A stretch of 10,187 nucleotides of DNA from Octopus sinensis. Lineage: Eukaryota. This document shows, piece by piece, positions 1-8,495 of the stretch (the first letter of the stretch is position 1; each line of letters begins with the position of its first letter). The position numbers and the translations under genes were made by a program. The DNA is taken from the NCBI RefSeq assembly GCF_006345805.1, contig NW_021827696.1:1-10187 (forward strand), read 5' to 3'. The notes below the pieces were generated by a model. That model had not been told where the DNA came from, ran no database searches, and saw only the letters and a list, made by a program, of their open reading frames with translations.

Positions 1-105
1 AGACGAGAGCAGAAACAGAATGAGAACGACAGACAGACAGATATGGTGTGTGACAGAGGGACTGTGAGAGAATGAGAGTGAGACAAAGAGAGAAGCGAAG
101 GAAGA
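1..105. repeat. Imperfect GA/GACA purine-rich microsatellite
   Basis: Interrupted agag/gaca runs (acagacagacag at about 29-40; gagagtgagacaaagagag). It may continue beyond the window start. Confidence 0.7.
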
Positions 106-480
106 GATCATCGTGTTCCATTGTACACATGCTAGCTTATCATACTCCTGCTTGTATGCATCCATGTATTTGTCTCTTTTATGCTATTTTATGCACCCAT
201 TTTAACACAATGTGTTTTATTGTTATGTTCCCCAGGGAACCTTTAACAATGTGAATGTAACGGATCCGGCAATATCATTTTGAGGGAAAGTTGGAAAATA
301 TACATTAACCGCTCAATTTATATAAGCATCTCATCAAATATTGCTACAGTAGATATACATTTATAAACATAGGCATAGTTGCACTCGCTTCCCTCAAGAA
401 AGTTTCAAACAATTGTCAACAATTTTGGGGAATTACGAGCAAAGAATGAGGTCATGTAACACACATACGCACATACGCAA

Positions 481-530
481 GGAGAGAGAAAGAGAGAGAT
501 AAAGAAGGAGAGAGAAAGAGAGAGAGAGAA
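481..530. repeat. Imperfect (GA)n microsatellite
   Basis: ggagagagaaagagagagataaagaaggagagagaaagagagagagagaa read directly. Confidence 0.85.
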
Positions 531-708
531 ATAAGCTTAAAGAGTCGAAGTGAGGACAGGAGAAGTACGAATATTCTAACTTATACTGACTCTTAGCAAA
601 TATCTGTAGACAATCTCTGTTGTTTAGATTTAAAGATATCGTTTTGTTTATAAATTTAACAACCGGAATATCTTTCTTTGTGGAAGAATGTTCAACCAGC
701 AGAATGTT

Positions 709-746
709 CACACACACAAACACACACACTTACACACAGACACACA

Positions 747-812
<66 letters not shown>
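709..812. repeat. (CA)n microsatellite
   Basis: About 100 bp of CA with a few interruptions. It produces the HTHTHT ORFs at 620..880 and 678..869. Confidence 0.97.
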
Positions 813-1090
813 TACTCATATATACACCTAATTATAGAGGCGCTGAAGGTGGGAGTTTGTGTGCGCTAAAAATTCTGTAAAGAAAATTTTAAATGGAGCA
901 AAGAAAGGATTAACTGAAAAGAATGAAAAAACATACAAGTACCTCTCATCAGCCGTGGATATCTCGGTTGCAGGCGTAATTTCGGCGCGTTTAAAAACTC
1001 GAAGACTTTAAATTCCATGTTACTGCTTGTTTGGTTGTGCCAAAGATATAGATAATATCACTGAGGGGATGGACAAAATGGACAAAACCA

Positions 1091-1128
<38 letters not shown>

Positions 1129-1130
1129 AT
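1091..1130. repeat. (TA)n microsatellite, insertion site of the adjacent element
   Basis: atatgtatatatat...acatataaat, immediately 5' of the 13-bp direct repeat. Confidence 0.92.
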
Positions 1131-1141
1131 ATATCCTTATA

Positions 1142-1349
1142 CTGGAGTAAACACATAAATGCGAAACAAGGTGGAAAAAAGAGTACTCAAATACCGGAGA
1201 TTGATTAATATGCTTTATTTAAAAGCAGCAGAAATATAACAAAAGCTGTTACCGTTACACGTTTCCGTTCGTCGGAACTGTCCGACGAACGGGAACGTGA
1301 AACTATGAGGAACAGCTTTTGTTATATTTCTGCTGCTTTTAAATAAAGC
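1142..1349. mobile_element. Short non-autonomous element with internal fold-back and 13-bp flanking direct repeat (putative TSD); Penelope-like/retrozyme-type terminus suspected
   Basis: Seen: atatatccttata at 1129-1141 and again at 1350-1362, an internal inverted repeat at 1208-1353, and hammerhead-like motifs at its centre. Inference: Penelope-like elements are known to carry minimal hammerheads in their pseudo-LTRs and often have inverted termini. Confidence 0.65.
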
Positions 1350-1353
1350 ATAT
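1208..1353. repeat. 146-nt inverted repeat (fold-back hairpin)
   Basis: 1208-1250 is the exact reverse complement of 1311-1353 (43/43). 1258-1276 pairs with 1281-1299 (18/19; the one difference is a G.U pair on the + strand). The terminal loop is actg (1277-1280), and there is a 7x11 nt internal loop (1251-1257 / 1300-1310). Confidence 0.97.
1278..1315 (+). ncRNA. Degenerate minimal type I hammerhead ribozyme-like motif
   Basis: CTGT (1278-81) - CCGACGA (1282-88; canonical CUGANGA with U4 as C) - stem II ACG/GGAA/CGT - GAAA (1299-1302) - CTATGAG - GA - ACAG (1312-15, pairs with CTGT). The cleavage triplet reads GGA rather than NUH, so this copy is probably inactive. Confidence 0.55.
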
Positions 1354-1757
1354 ATCCTTATATGTATACACACACATATCGTTTTATGTATACAAATTTA
1401 GCAATAGGTATGAAAAAACTCGTGTAGCTGATGTTAAAAAGTCTTACCTCTTATTTCCACAAATCAATAATATAGGAAGAATTGTTTAAATTGTCGGTTA
1501 GCTCACAGTGAGACGTCACGACATTTAAAACTTATTTCATTCGTTCTCCGCTGTATATAAATATATTGTTTGTAATTAATGACCAAAAATAGGCGAATGA
1601 AAAAAAATAAAAAAGAAGAAAATGACTGATTCTCAATATATAGGTTTAGTATTCACACAGAATAGCTCATATATGGGCGCTATATATTTTGTATTGTTTC
1701 TTACAGTACTAAATTTAGTGGCTGTTTAAGCGTTGTGTTCGTGCGTGGTTAATGGTT

Positions 1758-1825
1758 TGGATGTGGCACTGATGAAGGGGCAAGTACTCCTGAAATATGC
1801 ATATACTCCCATTAGCTGACATCCA
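1758..1825 (+). ncRNA. Hammerhead ribozyme-like motif with canonical core and palindromic helix III
   Basis: CTGATGA (1769-75); stem II AGGGG/caagta/CTCCT (5 bp including one G.U); GAAA (1792-95); perfect 10-nt palindrome ATATGCATAT (1795-1804); AUA triplet (1803-05); distal pairing TGGATGT (1758-64) with ACATCCA (1819-25). The proximal helix I pairs are mismatched. Confidence 0.55.
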
Positions 1826-2060
1826 TCACATTGTTTACATAGACGTCTTTGTAGACGAAACGTCGTAACTTTCGGTGGTCGCTCTAATTTCAATAGAAAA
1901 TCCGCAGAGATAACCTTAAACATTGATTGAATCGCACTGATGACACAGGTAGGACACTGGATTTACTAATATCCCTATGATACGATTAGTGGCATATTAT
2001 GGTTGCTAAACGAATCATGGTGTCCCTAACAGCAACACACACACACACACATATTGACAC

Positions 2061-2218
2061 ACGCGTGACTGTGTGATAAGAAGCTTGATTCCCAATCACA
2101 TGGTTCCGGGTTCAGTCCCACTCCGTTTCAGCTTAGCTAAGTCTCTACTAAGACCAAAGCCCTGTGAGTGGATTTGGTAGACGGACACTAAAAGGAGCCC
2201 GTCGTATATATGTATATA
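2061..2218 (+). mobile_element. tRNA-derived SINE family A, 5' part (ends at the internal TA tract)
   Basis: A-box-like tgactgtgtga (2066-76) and B-box-like ggttcagtccc (2109-19). It shares tgtgagtggatttggta (17 nt exact) with 7327-7343 and aligns with the reverse complement of 4670-4829. It resembles an abundant octopus SINE as I remember it. Confidence 0.85.
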
Positions 2219-2504
2219 AGTTTTTCCGAATGAGATTTAAAAAAAACCAAGGCTGTGTACATGCGTACAATACACACACACAATGCTGTGCGTGTATATT
2301 CTACGCATGTACATGCAGTAATTAGCGTTTTCGCATGCAGAGCATATCAAACGACAGAAATGAATCGTTTACGCACCCAGTCGAATTCCCAGACGGAATT
2401 CAGCGTAGACAAATGAGAGAAGACTACGACACATTTCAATATGTCCGTCTCGGTAACATCAACGTTGAATGGACTTGATTCGTGCTTCACAGGAACGCTT
2501 TTAA

Positions 2505-2640
2505 CACAACTACCACCAAAACGAATAAGAATAACGTCCATTGGAATATGAACAATAACAATTAAAACAACGAGAAAAGCAACAACAATAACCACACCAA
2601 CAGCAGTAACAACAACATCGGCAGTAACGGAAACAAGCAA
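2505..2640. repeat. Degenerate (AAC)n/(AAT)n trinucleotide tract
   Basis: caactaccaccaaaacgaataagaataac...aacaacaataaccacaccaacagcagtaacaacaac. It explains the Val-rich minus-strand ORF 2347..2640. Confidence 0.75.
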
Positions 2641-2644
2641 AAGT

Positions 2645-2677
2645 CACTTCCGGTGATATTATATGTGCGCATGCGTA
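2645..2677. promoter_or_regulatory. Candidate ETS/GABP site plus NRF1-like site
   Basis: CACTTCCGG (2645-53, reverse complement of CCGGAAGTG) lies 12 bp from TGCGCATGCGTA (2666-77, 11/12 match to YGCGCAYGCGCR). There is no transcript evidence. Confidence 0.35.
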
Positions 2678-3279
2678 GAGTTTCCAATTTCAGAAATCAG
2701 TGAAAAGTGTATAAAAGATGATCAGGTTAAACACATCGAAGATTCGGAGGGGAAAAAAACAACAACCTTACTTTCTTTGACGATTTGCTTCTAGAGGGAC
2801 AGTCCGTTTTGCAACAAAAGTCTGTCGGAAACATGTCGATTTGCTGTTATCAACGATCGATCATGTGGCTAATGAACACTTATCTCAAGAGGAAAGACGC
2901 TGATTTATGGGTATTGAATGCGTTAATGTACTGTGCTGCAATTACCATTCAATAACAATCAGGCGCGAACGAGATTGAACGAGAGAAACGGGAAACCATC
3001 CCGAAGATAGTCTACCCGTTTTCTCTAAACATGATCGACTGACTACAGAAGAACGCCGGACATTCAGAAAGTATCATTAAATATAAAGGACCTAATAAAT
3101 TCAGAACCCAACAACTGCGATTAATGCTAGATTATTTAAATATATGTAACACTCAATGACAATTAGACACACTTGAGAGAGAAGTAGTAACGTCCAGAAG
3201 CAGCAACAAGGGCGGCAATGAAATGTATTGCGTGCAAACGTGTCTCGGAGGTTAAGGTTGGTTGGTGTAGGGTTAATAG

Positions 3280-3880
3280 GAACTGGGCAAAACAAGGATT
3301 TTTCGAATAAAAAGCCGAACTATTATAGTAATAAATGTCCCTTGTCGAGAGATTCAGGTTCAATGAAGAAATGACACATGATATATTAAATCTATTCTTG
3401 AACCAAAATAGGGTTTTGTAGAATGAATTATGTAATAAATGGTGAGATCTTCTTGAAAACTTTTGGAAGCCTACGATATGGAATGAAATATGGGAGTTTT
3501 GAATTCTGAGGTTACAGGAAAAGATACCAGAAACTATTCTTGAGAAGAAATGGAGGATAATAGTTTTTTGTATTTTTTTTATTGGACAATTTTCGCAACC
3601 GTTTACAAGAATTACGAAATATTTGGAAACAGACGACGGTTTCCAGTAAGAGTCTTTAATTTATTGCTATGTGAAGAATTTCTTTTAGCCAGACGAAATC
3701 AGTAACGATAAAAAGAAACCAGAACAATGAAATTCTTTCAAATTTTTCTCTTGGCTGCATGGAAATATTTTCCAAAATGCTATAAAGAAAGAATTTGTTT
3801 TGGAACGCCGAGTAAGTATAAAGAAATGGTCCTTGTATTTGTGGTGGAAAGAGCTAATAAAACAGTCGCCAACGAAGTGA
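3280..3880 (+). pseudogene. Possible heavily decayed LINE (L1/Tx1-like) ORF2 C-terminal remnant
   Basis: The frame starting at 3365 has 9 Trp codons and 7 stops in about 172 codons (..FWKPTIWNEIWEF*..EKKWRIIVF..IKKEFVLERRVSIKKWSLYLWWKEL..). Just upstream, NKCPL / CRE can only be joined into a CxxC motif through frameshifts. The family call is a resemblance only. Confidence 0.25.
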
Positions 3881-4163
3881 AACGACTCTACATAAAATAA
3901 TTCTATTGTGACTAAACTGTTGCAATATTTGAAACATGTTTACTTACTCAAACTATTTTCTAATGTACTAATCAGTTATGAAGCAACTTGGCACAATTCC
4001 ATCGAGTGAGAGATAAATATCATTTAATGTATACCATATGAACTACTTATAGTCTCTTGCCATTGCGACACTAAGCACGTTGAAAAAAATGCCCAATCAC
4101 GTGTCTCAATGGCAAGAGACTATTACTGACTATTATTTTAGTATAGTTACATTATATGATGCG

Positions 4164-4173
4164 CATACATACA

Positions 4174-4237
<64 letters not shown>

Positions 4238-4293
4238 AGTCTGCCTGTCTGTTTGTCTGTTTGTCTGTCTGTCTGCCTGTCTGTCTATCTGTC
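4164..4293. repeat. Compound tetranucleotide microsatellite (CATA)-(TATC)n-(CTGT)n
   Basis: About 16 TATC units (about 4174-4237) followed by imperfect CTGT units. It produces the IYLS ORFs at 4080..4406 and 4156..4389. Confidence 0.96.
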
Positions 4294-4349
4294 AATTCTA
4301 TTTCTCTCCCCCCCTCTCTTCCTCTCCCGGTATATATATATATATATTC

Positions 4350-4576
4350 TTTTTATTCATTTACTCTTTTACTTTTTTCAGTGATTTGACTGTGGCCATG
4401 CTGTAGCACAACCTTAAAGGGTTTAAGCCACCTAAATGGTTTTAGGCTTATTCTTTGTAAGCCTAGAACTTATTCTTCCGGTATCTTTTGCAAGAAGGAA
4501 AACACACCAGCATCGGTTGTCAAGCGACGGTGGGTGAGAAACACAGACACAAAGACATACACACAAATATATATAT

Positions 4577-4621
<45 letters not shown>

Positions 4622-4632
4622 ATATATACACC

Positions 4633-4669
<37 letters not shown>

Positions 4670-4829
4670 ACACGACGGGATTCTTTCAGTTTCCGTCTAT
4701 CAAGTACACACACACAGACATTAGTCGGCCCAGGCGTAGTAGAAAACTTTGCTCAAGTTGCCATGCAGTGGCACTGAACCCAAAACCATGTGGCTGGGAA
4801 GCAAGCTTCTTACCAAACACCCACACCTA
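4350..4829 (-). mobile_element. SINE family A, near full-length copy with expanded internal (TA)n
   Basis: The reverse complement of 4500-4527 matches 7469-7496 at 26/28. The head (4670-4829) aligns with the heads at 2061 and 7221. The internal TA tract is at about 4567-4668, and the 3' tail is a gagtaaa/A-rich repeat at 4350-4380. TA tracts flank both sides. Confidence 0.88.
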
Positions 4830-5047
4830 TATATAATATATATATACATATATATATATAATAAAATATATACATATTGGTATATATGTAGATATATACA
4901 TAAGTATATATATGTATATGTGTATATACATGTATATATATATGTATATATAGATATGTATGTTCATATTTATATATATATATACAACGATGTGCACATA
5001 TATATATGTATTCTATATAGTATATATTTAATATATATGTATTATAT

Positions 5048-5090
<43 letters not shown>

Positions 5091-5135
5091 TGTGTGTATT
5101 ATATTATATTACATATATATACATACATATATAAT
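4830..5135. repeat. Long degenerate (TA)n tract with embedded (TG)n
   Basis: About 300 bp of TA/TATG low-complexity sequence, with (TG)n at about 5069-5097. Confidence 0.95.
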
Positions 5136-5704
5136 TAACAAATATATAAAATTACCTAAAAACGAAAGATTAAACCTTATATTTGTGAGACTGGCAATTC
5201 TGTTGAGGGCTTACCTACAAGCCCTACAAGTTAAATATAACTGCTGTATTGGCACAGCAAAAGTACTATTATTATACAAATTATCAATTTTTAATAAAAT
5301 ACAGATTAACAAGAATTTCTCTTTCACGAAGGTCGTAACAGAGGTCTACAGAATGTTGTTTACCAATTTTCGTTAAATCCATGCTATCTTTCATCCGATC
5401 TCAAATTTGAATGGTACGCCAAAAATAAATTATAAAAATACAATGGTATAACGAATAATATTAATGAAATGAGAAATGAAAATTTAGAAAAAAATAGAAT
5501 TAAAAAATAGCAGAAAAATTTCGAATTAGAAACCATTTTTTTTTTTTTAGTATTTAATATCATATTGGCATTTTAGACGTTTTAAAACCAGGAATTACTT
5601 TGCCTTCAATATTTTGTGAAATTTGGTATTGCAAGAAAAGAATGAAAAATACACCAAACTTATGACAAAACGCCAAGGCAGAAAAACACGCTGTTATAGC
5701 GGAA

Positions 5705-5875
5705 ATGTATTTACACTACTATATATATCTATTATTACTATATATATATTATATATATATATCTATATATAATCTATATATATATATAATATATATATAT
5801 ATATACGTATGTATGTCATATATATATATATTTATATATTATATATATATATATATATACGTATGTATGTATATA

Positions 5876-5908
<33 letters not shown>

Positions 5909-5959
5909 GTTGATATACATATATACATATATATACACACATCATATATATATATATAC

Positions 5960-5990
<31 letters not shown>

Positions 5991-6044
5991 GATACATACA
6001 TACATACATATGATATCTATCTATCTATCTATTATCTATATATC

Positions 6045-6075
<31 letters not shown>

Positions 6076-6093
6076 ATATAGATATATAATATA
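5705..6093. repeat. Long degenerate (TA)n tract with CATA and TATC sub-tracts
   Basis: About 390 bp, almost entirely A/T. It produces the IYIY ORF 5705..6013. Confidence 0.95.
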
Positions 6094-6204
6094 TCCTTTT
6101 CCGGATATTAATCCCTCACCTCATTTTTCAGACATTTTTGTCTACATGGGCATTTGTTTTAACTATTCTAGCCAACTATTTATTTACTTATTTATCAGTT
6201 GTAA

Positions 6205-6533
6205 ATGCACATGGCTCAGTGTTTAGAGCGTCGGGATAACAATCAAGAGAATCTATGTTCGATTCCTTGACCGCGATGTGCGTTGTTTTCTTGAGCAAGA
6301 CACTTTATTTCACGTTGCTCTAGTTCATTCAGCTGTAGAAATGAGTTGCGACGTCACTAGTGCCAAGCTGTATCGGCCCCTTTGCCTTTTCCTTGGATAA
6401 CATTAGTGGCATGGAGAGGGGAGGATGGTATGCATGTACAACTATGGTCATCCATAAACCTGGTCTCCTTCCTCAGAAGTTAACTTACTATCTACAATCG
6501 TATGGATATTCAAGACTGAAGTGGGGGTCTTTA
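6205..6533 (+). mobile_element. tRNA-derived SINE family B, near full-length
   Basis: A box tggctcagtgtt (6212-23) and B box gttcgattcc (6257-66), followed by tcttgagcaagacacttta (6289-6307). The head aligns with 6570-6670. The body matches my memory of a second octopus SINE, and the 3' boundary is approximate. Confidence 0.8.
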
Positions 6534-6569
6534 TTAGTTTTCCAGTATAATATTCAGGAAATACGAACA

Positions 6570-6752
6570 TTATTAGAGTGTTGCAACCATGACCGCGCGA
6601 TTGTGGTTTAAAATCCTTGACTGGTTTGTGAGTTGTGATCTTGAGCAAAAAATTTTCATTTCACCTTGGTTTCCGGTACAACGTCGATTTCATGCAGAGG
6701 GGTAGCTAACGTACGGCACATACATTTGATCACTATAAGCAAATCATTTCTG
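6570..6752 (+). mobile_element. Older, diverged tRNA-headed SINE related to family B
   Basis: ttagagtg..tccttgac..gttgtgatcttgagcaaaaaattttcatttcaccttg aligns colinearly with ttagagcg..tccttgac..gttgttttcttgagcaagacactttatttcacgttg of the copy just upstream. The 3' boundary is uncertain. Confidence 0.6.
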
Positions 6753-7133
6753 TAGATCGTTCGACAAAAGTTCATACACTCTTACGATGTCTTCACTGGG
6801 AGAGTATATGATGCGTATATATACATGATATACTCACTTAGTATGCACCATATTGTGTTCAGTTAACCTGTAAGAACCGCCTTTAGTCGGATCAATATAC
6901 TGCGTACTGAAGTAATCCAGTGAGATATTTAGGCAGTGCACACAGAAAATCCACGGTTAAACGTATTTAAAGCCTAGAGGCTGGTCTAGATCGCGCGTTG
7001 TGTAGTTCAAAGGGAGTTTGGTATACTCTAGGAAGGCCGACGAGTCGTGAATCCCTTTGGTGTATTATTAGTAAAGAAACAATAATTCATTTATATTTGG
7101 AAGTGAAATTTATCATAACATAAATGTGGATGT

Positions 7134-7135
7134 TG

Positions 7136-7195
<60 letters not shown>

Positions 7196-7226
7196 TGTGT
7201 GTGTGCGCGCGTGTGTGTGTGTGTGT
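7134..7226. repeat. (TG)n microsatellite with CG interruptions
   Basis: Read directly; it abuts the head of the SINE at 7221. Confidence 0.96.
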
Positions 7227-7379
7227 ATAAGAAACTTGATTCCTAGCCATATGGTTCTTGGTTCAGTCTCCCTGCGTTTCACCTTGGGCAAGTGTCTTCT
7301 ATCATAGCTCGGGTCGACCAAAACCTTGTGAGTGGATTTGGTAAATGGAAACTGAAAAAGTCCGTTGTGTGTATATATA

Positions 7380-7425
<46 letters not shown>

Positions 7426-7509
7426 TATGTATGTATTTATATGTCTGTGTTTGTCCCCCGCCCCACTATCGGTTGACAACCGATGTTGGTGTGTTTACGT
7501 CTCCGTAAC
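7221..7509 (+). mobile_element. SINE family A, 3'-truncated copy with internal (TA)n
   Basis: B-box-like ggttcagtct (7260-69), accttgggcaagt (7281-93), tgtgagtggatttggta (7327-43), internal TA tract at about 7370-7440, and a post-tract segment matching the copy at 4500-4550. Confidence 0.9.
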
Positions 7510-7757
7510 ACATACACATATAAGTATATATATATGTACATGCGTATATGTGTGTGGTTTTGTATGTGAGGATTGATTCATATGTGTGAATGTGTGATTT
7601 TTGTATATGTACAAGCGTATACGTATACGGCTACATGTGTGAATATACGCACATACATACATATACACCTCTCTCTCTCTATCTCTCTCTGTACACACTC
7701 ACACGCACACACGCGCGCGCGCACACACACACACACATACACACACACACATATATG
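7510..7757. repeat. Mixed TA/TG/CT/CA/CG low-complexity tract
   Basis: Degenerate tatg/tgtg, then (CT)n at about 7669-7690, (CA)n, and a (CG)n core at about 7712-7722. Confidence 0.85.
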
Positions 7758-8366
7758 AATATGGTTGCGTAGTATCTCCCTGGTTGTGTCGGAAAGGACG
7801 AAAAGGTTTGTGAACGATCATAACAGGTGATGAGACTTCACCATGACCCGAAACAAAGGCAAAAATCAAATCCCACCTAAAAGAGACAAGAGAATGCGAC
7901 GAGGCAGCTGCTCACTATTGTAAAGAATTACTGCCAGAAATGCTTCTACCCACGGAAACGTCCCCCGATAGAGTGTGTAGCTTCAGTCGGGGACTACTTC
8001 AAAGGAGATAAAATGCCGAATTCATATGTGTTGTAGTTTTCTTTTCATAGTACCTGTCCTGATCTGTGTTTGATCAGACGTCGTAGTGATTATCTGCAAG
8101 ACGCTGCTACTTAACTGTCGAAACAATTATGGGACTTAATCAAATCTTCAAATGCCAGTGAGATCTTTACTTATATGCTTCTATAAATTTGCTCTTAACC
8201 TTTATATTAGCGAATATTTCTCTATGCAAATTCTCTCCTAATATGGATATTGCCTTCTAGTTTAAGGCAATATTAAACGATCGAGCACCTGAATTGAGTT
8301 ATTTATTTTTATACGTGTGAAATTCTATATACATATATTTATGCCTATATATTCGTATACATGATT

Positions 8367-8386
8367 ACACACAGACACACGCACAA

Positions 8387-8451
<65 letters not shown>

Positions 8452-8495
8452 TGTATGTATGTATGTATGTATGTATGTATGTATGTATGTATGTA
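8367..8495. repeat. Compound (CA)n(TA)n(TGTA)n microsatellite
   Basis: Read directly; about 18 TGTA units at about 8424-8495. Confidence 0.96.

Noticed and set aside
1442-1500. Minus-strand donor-like GAG/gtaaga at about 1442-1450
   Set aside because: The adjacent frames are closed and there is no linked exon.
1707-1948. Candidate exon (tttcttacag acceptor, CAG/gtagga donor) spanning the 1769 hammerhead-like motif
   Set aside because: All three frames close early. Splice-like sites are common by chance, and a non-coding exon cannot be supported without transcripts.
1934-1960. Second gcactgatga (same 10-mer as 1766-1775)
   Set aside because: No stem II or GAAA follows it.
2347-2640. 97-aa Val-rich, membrane-like ORF on the minus strand
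   Set aside because: It starts at TTG and is the reverse complement of the degenerate AAC tract. The Asn-rich + frame contains stops.
2791-2845. GACAG..CTGTC stem followed by GGAAACATGTC (palindromic helix III with a GUC triplet)
   Set aside because: There is no CUGANGA box and no helix I partner, so it is too incomplete to call.
6205-6280. tRNA gene
   Set aside because: A and B boxes are present, but no convincing cloverleaf forms and the sequence continues into a SINE body.
7827-7854. GTGATGA...GAAAC hammerhead-like spacing
   Set aside because: C3 is absent, stem II does not pair, and there is no NUH or helix III.
7847-8011. 54-codon open + frame (PETKAKIKSHLKETRECDEAAAHYCKELLPEMLLPTETSPDRVCSFSRGLLQRR)
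   Set aside because: It is short, bounded by stops, lacks convincing splice sites, and I do not recognise it. A BLASTX search would settle it.
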